Part shown: positions 26,845 through 33,748 of the stretch, one piece after another
Position numbering within the stretch: position 1 is the first letter of the stretch
Layout of the letters: every line of letters begins with the position of its first letter
Virus record (IMG/VR): IMGVR_UViG_3300045988_125846
Coordinates: 32,001 to 96,000 of that record
DNA from: a virus
Direction: 5' to 3' (one strand)
Length of the DNA: 64,000 bases
Made by a program: the position numbers and the translations under genes
The notes under the pieces: model-generated
What the model saw: the letters and a program-made list of their open reading frames with translations, nothing else
Told to the model about the DNA's origin: nothing
Database searches by the model: none

Positions 26845-27358
26845 TATTTTCTCCAATCACTTCAATCTGACAACTTTTCATAACTTCCATAGCAGCTTTA
26901 TGTTTATCAGGTGTGACACCTGCACAGCAACTAGCATCTACTGTAATATCAATCTCAGGATAATTTGCTCTAATAATAAGTGCATTTGAAATTACGCAGA
27001 TACTTGTGCATAATCCGCAGATTTCAACACTTTTAAATTTAAAATCATCCCAATGTGCCCATCCAAAAGTAATTTTGTCAATCAGAATGTCATTATCAAT
27101 ATCAAGATCTAACTTATCTGAAATCTGCCAACCAACAGTATTCTTTACACAGTGAGTAACAGGAAGATGTACACCTTCATATGTCTCTAAATAATTCTCA
27201 GAGTGTGTGTCTCTTGTAAAGATTACCTGTTTACCAGCATCCTTGTACTCCTTAATTTTCTTTGCTACATTTGATACAATCGCCTGTGCTTCCTTTGTAC
27301 CAAGCGTTCCATCAATAAAATCATTCTGCATATCTACAACAATTAATGTTTCTCTCAT
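26834..27358 (-). CDS. pncA: nicotinamidase (isochorismatase family)
   Basis: LIVVDMQNDFIDG, FTRDTH, and the catalytic Cys context ICGLCTSICV. Confidence 0.75.
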   Translation of the reverse strand: MRETLIVVDMQNDFIDGTLGTKEAQAIVSNVAKKIKEYKDAGKQVIFTRDTHSENYLETYEGVHLPVTHCVKNTVGWQISDKLDLDIDNDILIDKITFGWAHWDDFKFKSVEICGLCTSICVISNALIIRANYPEIDITVDASCCAGVTPDKHKAAMEVMKSCQIEVIGENNEV

Positions 27359-27450
27359 TTTGTTACCTCTTTTCTTTGTTCTTATATGTATTTATTCTCT
27401 GAAAACTCAGAAGAAAAAAAAATATTTCTTGTTACTTTTATTTGGAAAAT

Positions 27451-27466
27451 TTGGCTGAATCGCCAA
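27451..27466 (-). promoter_or_regulatory. GATTCA-loop hairpin (TTGGC/GCCAA stem) upstream of the NAD operon
   Basis: Seen in sequence. Related copies at 27808-27819 and 36437-36452 share the flanking AATTTGG. Confidence 0.4.
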
Positions 27467-27487
27467 GATAGAAATTTCTATATATGA

Positions 27488-27787
27488 TTATTCTTCGTCT
27501 TGAAATGATTTAATTCGATTTTCTAAATAATCAATCTCATCATTCCAATGATCTATTAGCATATCTTCGATCTGATGCTTTGCATCTTCTATACTGTCTG
27601 CAAACAATGTTTCATATTCAACATTTAGTTCTTTTGATACATATATAAATACGTTTTCGTCTACCTCATCTTGTACAAAACCAGCTATTACATTTTCATC
27701 ATCTTCTTCATAAAATTGACTAAAATGTAATTTATAACATTCCTTACCAAATTCATTCTTTTCACCTGTTTCCCAATATTTCTTCAC
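27488..27787 (-). CDS. hypothetical acidic protein (99 aa)
   Basis: GTG start after GCGAGG. Confidence 0.45.
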   Translation of the reverse strand: MKKYWETGEKNEFGKECYKLHFSQFYEEDDENVIAGFVQDEVDENVFIYVSKELNVEYETLFADSIEDAKHQIEDMLIDHWNDEIDYLENRIKSFQDEE

Positions 27788-27807
27788 TTTATTACCTCGC
27801 TTAATTT

Positions 27808-27819
27808 GGCTGATCAGCC
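27808..27819 (-). promoter_or_regulatory. GGCTGATCAGCC palindrome, a variant of the GATTCA-loop hairpin
   Basis: Seen in sequence; preceded by TAATTTGG as in the other copies. Confidence 0.35.
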
Positions 27820-27856
27820 GTGAATAGAATTGTTTCTATATTAGATTATTCTCTAC

Positions 27857-28093
27857 TTATTTGATTTCAGAACAAAGTCCTATAATGTCTTCTTGGCTTA
27901 TATATCCTATACAACCTGTGCTACCTAATTTTTTATCAAACTTATCTGATTCAAACCAAATTTTATATCTAATTCCGTCTGTTTCATCTACGAGTTCTAT
28001 ACCACGAATGAAAGCATCTACTTCTTTTCTATTATCATTTTCATAATGAATTTTTGTCCTTACTTTATCGCATAAATTATATTTATTTACCAT
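27857..28093 (-). CDS. hypothetical protein (78 aa)
   Basis: ATG after GTGAGG. Confidence 0.45.
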   Translation of the reverse strand: MVNKYNLCDKVRTKIHYENDNRKEVDAFIRGIELVDETDGIRYKIWFESDKFDKKLGSTGCIGYISQEDIIGLCSEIK

Positions 28094-28103
28094 TCATCTT
28101 ACC

Positions 28104-28355
28104 TCACTCTATAATTTCAACTTTAATTCTAAATTTTGTTGTTTCTGTATGTTCATTTTCTTGATAAGGACGATTATAATCAAAATGCTGATGACGGACA
28201 GTTGCAATCAAATGAGTGTCATTACCAGAAATAAATTCCGTATCTGTCTCATAAGTATCTTCTGAACCATCACCAAGTTTAGAATCTGCACAATATATCT
28301 GATTTGCGTCTAATGCATCTTGAATAATTCTGTAAATGTCTCCTGTATTATACAT
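28104..28355 (-). CDS. hypothetical protein (83 aa)
   Basis: Start trimmed to the ATG after AAAGGAG. Confidence 0.45.
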   Translation of the reverse strand: MYNTGDIYRIIQDALDANQIYCADSKLGDGSEDTYETDTEFISGNDTHLIATVRHQHFDYNRPYQENEHTETTKFRIKVEIIE

Positions 28356-28365
28356 AGTCACTCCT

Positions 28366-29757
28366 TTAATATTTAATCCAACCATCTGTAATACCAGTCA
28401 TCCAATAAATAAGATCTTCTCTATCATTTTTTAATCTTCCATCTATTACACGAGTTAAGATTTCATTGAGCCAGTAGCCAACTTCTTTTCCACTTTTAAT
28501 GAGCATTGTATCCATTACATCCTTACCATTAACTGCTAAATCCTTTAGAGAAAAACATTCATCATCCTGTAAGACTTCTTCTAAAATATATCCAATGTTA
28601 TCAATCTTCTGTAATCTTGTTTCCTGATTAATGTCTGCTTGTGCTTTAATATCAGCTCTACGAACATTTAATAACCTTCTGAACTGTTCTTCTCCAATTT
28701 TATTAAGCCATCTCTTGACATATTTCTTTCCAACCTCAAAAGTAGCATCATGATAATAAACAAGCTGTACAACCTTTTCTCTTGTATCATTATCAAAACG
28801 AAGTCTTTTCATAATTGTATCAGTCATATCAGCACTGACTTTTCCATGTCCTTTGAAATGTCTGATACCATCTTCTCCATCCTGATAACAATGTGGTTTT
28901 CCTATGTCATGAAAGAATACCGCTAATGATGTAATTAAATCTATTGGATTTAAGTCTTCTTCACAATCACAAGAATATGCTTCTACAGCATGAATTGTAT
29001 GTTCCCATACATCATAGATGTGATATGGATTATTCTGTGGAAAATCAAACATATCTTTTATTTCAGGAATAAACAATGATAATACATCGCTATATAAAAC
29101 CATCTGTACACAGAAATCACTTGATGCAGCGATTTTACAGAACTCACTATTTATCCTTTCAACTGATATATTCTTCAAATTCTGATACACCTTATGTAAA
29201 ACATAATCTGTATTTGGTTCAAGAACAAAATCCAACTGAGAAGCAAATCTGATAGCTCGTAAAATTCTCAAAGCATCTTCATCGAATCTATCTTCTGGTT
29301 TACCAACACACTGAATTTTGTGATACTTTATATCTTCCATGCCATTAAACGGATCTACAAGACCAACTTCATCATTGTATGCCATCGCATTGATTGTAAA
29401 ATCTCTACGCTTTAAATCTTCTTCAAGACTTTTTGTAAAAGTTACTTTATCTGGTCTACGGCTATCAGAATAATTACCATCAATTCTGTATGTTGTTACT
29501 TCATATGGTTCTCCATCAATGACAATCGTTATTGTTCCATGCTGTAAGCCAGTTTCAATAATTCTTTTATCCTTGAATACTTCCATCATCTCATCAGGTG
29601 TAGCAGATGTTGTAATGTCATAATCGTGAATTGGTCTTTCCAGAATGCTATCACGAACACAGCCACCAACTAAATATGCTTCGTATCCTTTATCTTGGAG
29701 TATATGAATAATCTCATTTGCACCAGATGGGATTTTAATTTTTAATTTAGATTTCAC
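28366..29757 (-). CDS. cca: CCA-adding enzyme (tRNA nucleotidyltransferase) with HD domain
   Basis: GGCVRDSILERPIHDYDITT, RRDFTINAMA, and HD motif FFHDIGKP. Confidence 0.8.
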   Translation of the reverse strand: MKSKLKIKIPSGANEIIHILQDKGYEAYLVGGCVRDSILERPIHDYDITTSATPDEMMEVFKDKRIIETGLQHGTITIVIDGEPYEVTTYRIDGNYSDSRRPDKVTFTKSLEEDLKRRDFTINAMAYNDEVGLVDPFNGMEDIKYHKIQCVGKPEDRFDEDALRILRAIRFASQLDFVLEPNTDYVLHKVYQNLKNISVERINSEFCKIAASSDFCVQMVLYSDVLSLFIPEIKDMFDFPQNNPYHIYDVWEHTIHAVEAYSCDCEEDLNPIDLITSLAVFFHDIGKPHCYQDGEDGIRHFKGHGKVSADMTDTIMKRLRFDNDTREKVVQLVYYHDATFEVGKKYVKRWLNKIGEEQFRRLLNVRRADIKAQADINQETRLQKIDNIGYILEEVLQDDECFSLKDLAVNGKDVMDTMLIKSGKEVGYWLNEILTRVIDGRLKNDREDLIYWMTGITDGWIKY

Positions 29758-30775
29758 CCTTAACCACCCTTTCGTTTACACTTGCAACAAACTCATTGAT
29801 TTTCTTGTAGTCTGGATTTTCAGGAAGATTAGTATTTTTCTTTGCATAATCCAATCTCTTCTCATAGTCATTTACCATTTCAAAGAACTCAGGAATTGGC
29901 TGATCGTTGCTGTCGAGATATTTACCATTACGAATATCCATAAGCAAATCATGTTCATCTTCTCTATATGTGATTATTCTCTCTTTCTCAAGAATATCTA
30001 AACACATCATATAAAGTCGAATAAGATGCATTGAATGTTTTGCAATTTTACCATGCTCAATAGCTTTCTCATTTCTTTTACCAATCTTTCCATACTGACG
30101 AACTGTGTTCTGAAGTTCATTCCACATAGAGCAATAATCTCTTAATGGATAATGAGTAAGGTTTACATCCATAAAAATCTCTGTGTCATATCCTTCCTGC
30201 ACAGCCTTATCAATATATAACTTCATTGAATCATCTGAATATGGTGTGTATTTCTTTGTAAAATCTGTCTGCATAAATTCAAGCGTCTTTAAAATGTGTT
30301 TCTCCAATTCTGACTGAGACATCTGATGTGCTGCTTTCTGGTTCAATCTATAGAGCTGCTGATTCGCATATCCTCCAAACGAATGACAAGCTCTCTTTGA
30401 TAAAAATAAATGTGCATTATCAATTAGTTCCTGACCAATAGATGATACATAAAAGTAATGTTCAGGTTTATTTCCAAGCATTTCTATTGTATTAGGATTC
30501 GTATTACTTAACAATGCTACTAACTTATTAAAGGCATAAATAGTTGTGTCTGTCTCATTGTTTACAAACTGCTCAAAATTCTCATTTGTGAGGATCTGCA
30601 TCTTGCTATTCAAAGCACAACCACGAATATCTAAATCACTGCCTTCATTGTTTGTTCCATATGCATGACTTCCACCAAGAGTTAAGATAATGATATTGTT
30701 ACCTAAATTCTTATCTGTTCTCAGGAAGTCATACTCTTTTGATTTTAATTTGTCCTTAATCTGTTCAATTGTCAT
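29747..30775 (-). CDS. Pol-beta-fold nucleotidyltransferase, RlaP-like (RNA-repair-associated)
   Basis: LGGSHAYGTNNEGSDLDIRG nucleotidyltransferase motif; about 340 aa. The 3' end overlaps the cca start by 11 nt. Start trimmed to the ATG after TTGGAGG. Confidence 0.55.
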   Translation of the reverse strand: MTIEQIKDKLKSKEYDFLRTDKNLGNNIIILTLGGSHAYGTNNEGSDLDIRGCALNSKMQILTNENFEQFVNNETDTTIYAFNKLVALLSNTNPNTIEMLGNKPEHYFYVSSIGQELIDNAHLFLSKRACHSFGGYANQQLYRLNQKAAHQMSQSELEKHILKTLEFMQTDFTKKYTPYSDDSMKLYIDKAVQEGYDTEIFMDVNLTHYPLRDYCSMWNELQNTVRQYGKIGKRNEKAIEHGKIAKHSMHLIRLYMMCLDILEKERIITYREDEHDLLMDIRNGKYLDSNDQPIPEFFEMVNDYEKRLDYAKKNTNLPENPDYKKINEFVASVNERVVKGEI

Positions 30776-30833
30776 TGTCTTAACCTCCAAAATTTCGCAA
30801 GAAATGTGCGTTTCTTTCTAATGTAAAATATAT

Positions 30834-30877
30834 ACCATATATAGTATATATTGTTTATTTTTAATACTATATACGGT
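30834..30877. promoter_or_regulatory. pair of degenerate ACTATATATAGT-type boxes forming an 18-bp inverted repeat
   Basis: ACCATATATAGT at 30834-30845 and ACTATATACGGT at 30866-30877. The arms ATATACCATATATAGTAT and ATACTATATACGGTATAT match at 17 of 18 positions. Confidence 0.45.
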
Positions 30878-30921
30878 ATATTGATAGAGTCAGTAGGCTA
30901 TGACACCTACTAACTCTTGAA

Positions 30922-31014
30922 TTATTTATTCTTCTTACGTTTTCCTACAATAAAACCTGCTCCAAAGCATACACCGAGACAGATTACGAAAACTCCAATG
31001 TTTAATACAATCAT
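30922..31014 (-). CDS. small hydrophobic peptide (30 aa)
   Basis: Own translation MIVLNIGVFVICLGVCFGAGFIVGKRKKNK. The ATG shares one nucleotide with the upstream stop (TAATG). Confidence 0.35.
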   Translation of the reverse strand: MIVLNIGVFVICLGVCFGAGFIVGKRKKNK

Positions 31015-31763
31015 TACTTATTACCTCTCTGTCTCTTCATATCATCAAGGATCTGGCGAGCATTGCGCTCTCTTTCAGAATTAGCAAGTCTTCTCTCATT
31101 AGCCTGTGCGCTAGAATCATATGCAATTCTACTTCCTTCTGCACGTTCTCTTGTCTTTCTTGCTCCTTCACGAACTCTTTCAAGCATTCTATCACTCTCA
31201 TTATTTGTATTAAGATTATCCATACTCTGATGAAGTTCGATAATCTGACTATCGGCTTCCATCTGAAAAAGAACCTGTTCCTTTTCCTCTTTAAGTTTCT
31301 GCAATTCTTCGGCTGCCTGATCACGAATGTCTTTTTGGTGAGCCTGTGCTTCTCTCATCTCTTCAATTGTATCTTTTAGTACATTAATCTTATTCTCCAA
31401 AGTAGACTTCTTCATTGCATACTGCATTGCTTCATTTTCTTTGTTTTCATCAAGACAAGCGTTAATCTGCTGTGTAACACGCATAATATCTTTATTTGCC
31501 TGATATAAGTCTTTTTCTGCTGTATCACGCTTTCCTGAAATTTCAGCATATGTAGCAGATGCCTTGTTATAAAAATCTTCCTTTTCTCTAATGGCTGCGT
31601 TATAATAATCTCTAGCACCTTCTGGTGTCTGTGCATCCTGACGCATTACTTCATCTGTTCTTCCTTTAAACTTTACTCGAAGCTGTTTACCAAAAGGAGT
31701 AAAGAAAAGAATCAGTGCAATTAATACAATCGCCACAATTATAATAAACATAAAATTTGTCAT
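31014..31763 (-). CDS. membrane-anchored coiled-coil protein, PspA/IM30- or TelA-like
   Basis: N-terminal TM helix FMFIIIVAIVLIALILFF, then about 220 aa of heptad-like Glu/Lys/Arg/Gln-rich sequence. The family call is tentative. Confidence 0.4.
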   Translation of the reverse strand: MTNFMFIIIVAIVLIALILFFTPFGKQLRVKFKGRTDEVMRQDAQTPEGARDYYNAAIREKEDFYNKASATYAEISGKRDTAEKDLYQANKDIMRVTQQINACLDENKENEAMQYAMKKSTLENKINVLKDTIEEMREAQAHQKDIRDQAAEELQKLKEEKEQVLFQMEADSQIIELHQSMDNLNTNNESDRMLERVREGARKTRERAEGSRIAYDSSAQANERRLANSERERNARQILDDMKRQRGNK

Positions 31764-31772
31764 ACAATCCTC

Positions 31773-32354
31773 CTACTCTGCATCAATTCCATACTGATTA
31801 CATAATGCCTTTAATCCACCATTATAGCCACTTCCTACAGCCTTAAACTTCCATTCGCCATTATGTTTATATATTTCAGATACGACTAACGCAGTCTCGG
31901 TAGAGAAGTCTTCACTTAAATCAAAACGAATAAGCTCCTCGCCTGTCTCTTCGTCTACTACACGCACATATGCATTTCCAACCATACCGAAGTTCTGAAG
32001 TCTACTCTCAGCATCATAAATTGTGACCGTCACAGCAAGAGTCTCATAGTCTGATGGGATTTTATCAAGTTTAATCTTAATAACCTCATCATCTCCATCT
32101 CCCTCACCTGTACGGTTATCTCCCATATGCTTTACACTTTTTGAACTATGTTCAAGATTACCATAGAAAATAAAATCCTCATCCTTGCCAACCTTGCCAT
32201 TCTCTTTTGTCATAAACACAGAGGCATCGAGATCAAAATCTGCTTCTCCGTCATAATGATTAATATCCCATCCAAGTCCAACAAGAATGTTTTTTAATGA
32301 CGGTCTACCCTTTGTTAAATCTACTCTCTGTCCTTTACTTAACGAAACTGACAT
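31773..32354 (-). CDS. terD: TerD-domain protein
   Basis: LSKGQRVDL, GLGWD, DFDLDASVF, GDNRTGEGDGDDE, FGMVGNAYVRV and GEWKFKAVGSGY. Confidence 0.85.
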   Translation of the reverse strand: MSVSLSKGQRVDLTKGRPSLKNILVGLGWDINHYDGEADFDLDASVFMTKENGKVGKDEDFIFYGNLEHSSKSVKHMGDNRTGEGDGDDEVIKIKLDKIPSDYETLAVTVTIYDAESRLQNFGMVGNAYVRVVDEETGEELIRFDLSEDFSTETALVVSEIYKHNGEWKFKAVGSGYNGGLKALCNQYGIDAE

Positions 32355-32366
32355 AATTAAATCCTC

Positions 32367-32942
32367 CTACTTGTATCTTCTTGTTAATTCGCTAACACTT
32401 GAATCATTTGTTCCCTGACCGATAGCGTTAAATTTCCACTCTCCGTCTTTCTTATAAACTTCTGCAAATACCATTGCTGTCTTGCCAGCATAATCATCTG
32501 AAAGATTGTATTTACAAATTTCCTTACCAGTTGACTCATCAACAAGTCTAATGTACGCATTCTTGATAAGTCCAAAATCCTGCTTTCTTGAAATACAATC
32601 ATAGATATTTACTACAAATACAATCTTCTCAACCTTATTTGTAATATTCGCAAGATCAACGGTAATCTGCTCATCATCACCGTCTCCATCTCCTGTGAGG
32701 TTGTCACCATGATGATACACACATCTGTCTTCCGCTGATCTGTCACCATAATAAACACATGTACGATACTTATCATCTTTTCCTAAAATAATTGCTGAAG
32801 CATCGCAATCAATGTTTGGCTTAGAACCAAATAATCCTTTCTTAGCAGCATCCCATCCAAGTCCTACCATAATCTTTGTAAGACCACCTGCTACTTCCTT
32901 AGATAAATTAATTTTCTGTCCTTTTACTAAATTTACTGACAT
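32367..32942 (-). CDS. terD: TerD-domain protein
   Basis: LVKGQKINL, GLGWD, DCDASA, GDNLTGDGDGDDE and GEWKFNAIGQG. Confidence 0.85.
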   Translation of the reverse strand: MSVNLVKGQKINLSKEVAGGLTKIMVGLGWDAAKKGLFGSKPNIDCDASAIILGKDDKYRTCVYYGDRSAEDRCVYHHGDNLTGDGDGDDEQITVDLANITNKVEKIVFVVNIYDCISRKQDFGLIKNAYIRLVDESTGKEICKYNLSDDYAGKTAMVFAEVYKKDGEWKFNAIGQGTNDSSVSELTRRYK

Positions 32943-32960
32943 ATATATTCTCCTTCCATT

Positions 32961-33539
32961 TTATAAATCAAGACCAAAATTTCTACCAATAGCAGCTAAA
33001 CCACCATTGTAACCTGAACCAACTGCATTAAACTTCCATTCACCGTTCTTACGATACAACTCACCTGCAATAACACCTGTCTCTAATGAGAAATCCTCAT
33101 TAAGTTCATATTTGAAAAGTTCCTCATTTGTATCAGCGTTGTATGCTCTAATGTACGAATTATCAACCATTCCGAAATTCTGTAAACGATTTTCTGCATC
33201 ATAAATTGTCGCTGAGAAGCTAATCTTTGTAATATTAGATGGAATCTTATTTAACTCAACAATCATTGTCTCGTCATCGCCATCACCTACACCTGTTCTA
33301 TTATCACCAGAATAAATCAATGCTCCGCTTGGATGCTGTGGCTGACCATAAAATACAAAATCCTGTTCGCCTGTTACCTTTCCTGAATCATCAGTAAAAA
33401 ATGCTGATACATCCAAATCGAAATCTGCATTACCATCGTATCTATTTGTATCCCATCCAAGACCAAATACGACTTTGTTTAAACCTGCATTGCCTTTTGT
33501 AAGGTCAATCTTCTGACCTTTAACTAAACTAATTGACAT
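32961..33539 (-). CDS. terD: TerD-domain protein
   Basis: Start trimmed to MSISLVKGQKIDL (SD AAGGAGG). GLGWD, DFDLDVSAF, GDNRTGVGDGDDE and GEWKFNAVGSGY. Confidence 0.85.
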   Translation of the reverse strand: MSISLVKGQKIDLTKGNAGLNKVVFGLGWDTNRYDGNADFDLDVSAFFTDDSGKVTGEQDFVFYGQPQHPSGALIYSGDNRTGVGDGDDETMIVELNKIPSNITKISFSATIYDAENRLQNFGMVDNSYIRAYNADTNEELFKYELNEDFSLETGVIAGELYRKNGEWKFNAVGSGYNGGLAAIGRNFGLDL

Positions 33540-33732
33540 ATTGTTTGTCCTCCTTATTCTTGGGAAGGCTGTCAACCTTCCCTTTTAATAATTTAAAAGA
33601 AATTGGGAATGTGAGTAACGTCAGAAAAATAAATGGAATAAAGCGTGTAATACATGCTACAACAACACTAATTGAAAAACATATAAGAGTAATAATCTCT
33701 ACTTTTTTATAACTTTTATCTCTCCTTATCAT
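33529..33732 (-). CDS. small membrane protein (67 aa, two predicted TM helices)
   Basis: Hydrophobic stretches IITLICFSISVVVACI and IPFIFLTLLTF. Lies between the ATPase and the terD genes. Confidence 0.45.
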   Translation of the reverse strand: MIRRDKSYKKVEIITLICFSISVVVACITRFIPFIFLTLLTFPISFKLLKGKVDSLPKNKEDKQYVN

Positions 33733-33748
33733 GTTCTCATCTCCTCAA

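Noticed and set aside
31014-31763. A firm PspA assignment for the coiled-coil protein after the TerD genes.
   Set aside because: The evidence is only compositional and heptad similarity, plus operon context. TelA-like or an unrelated coiled-coil protein are equally possible without a profile search.
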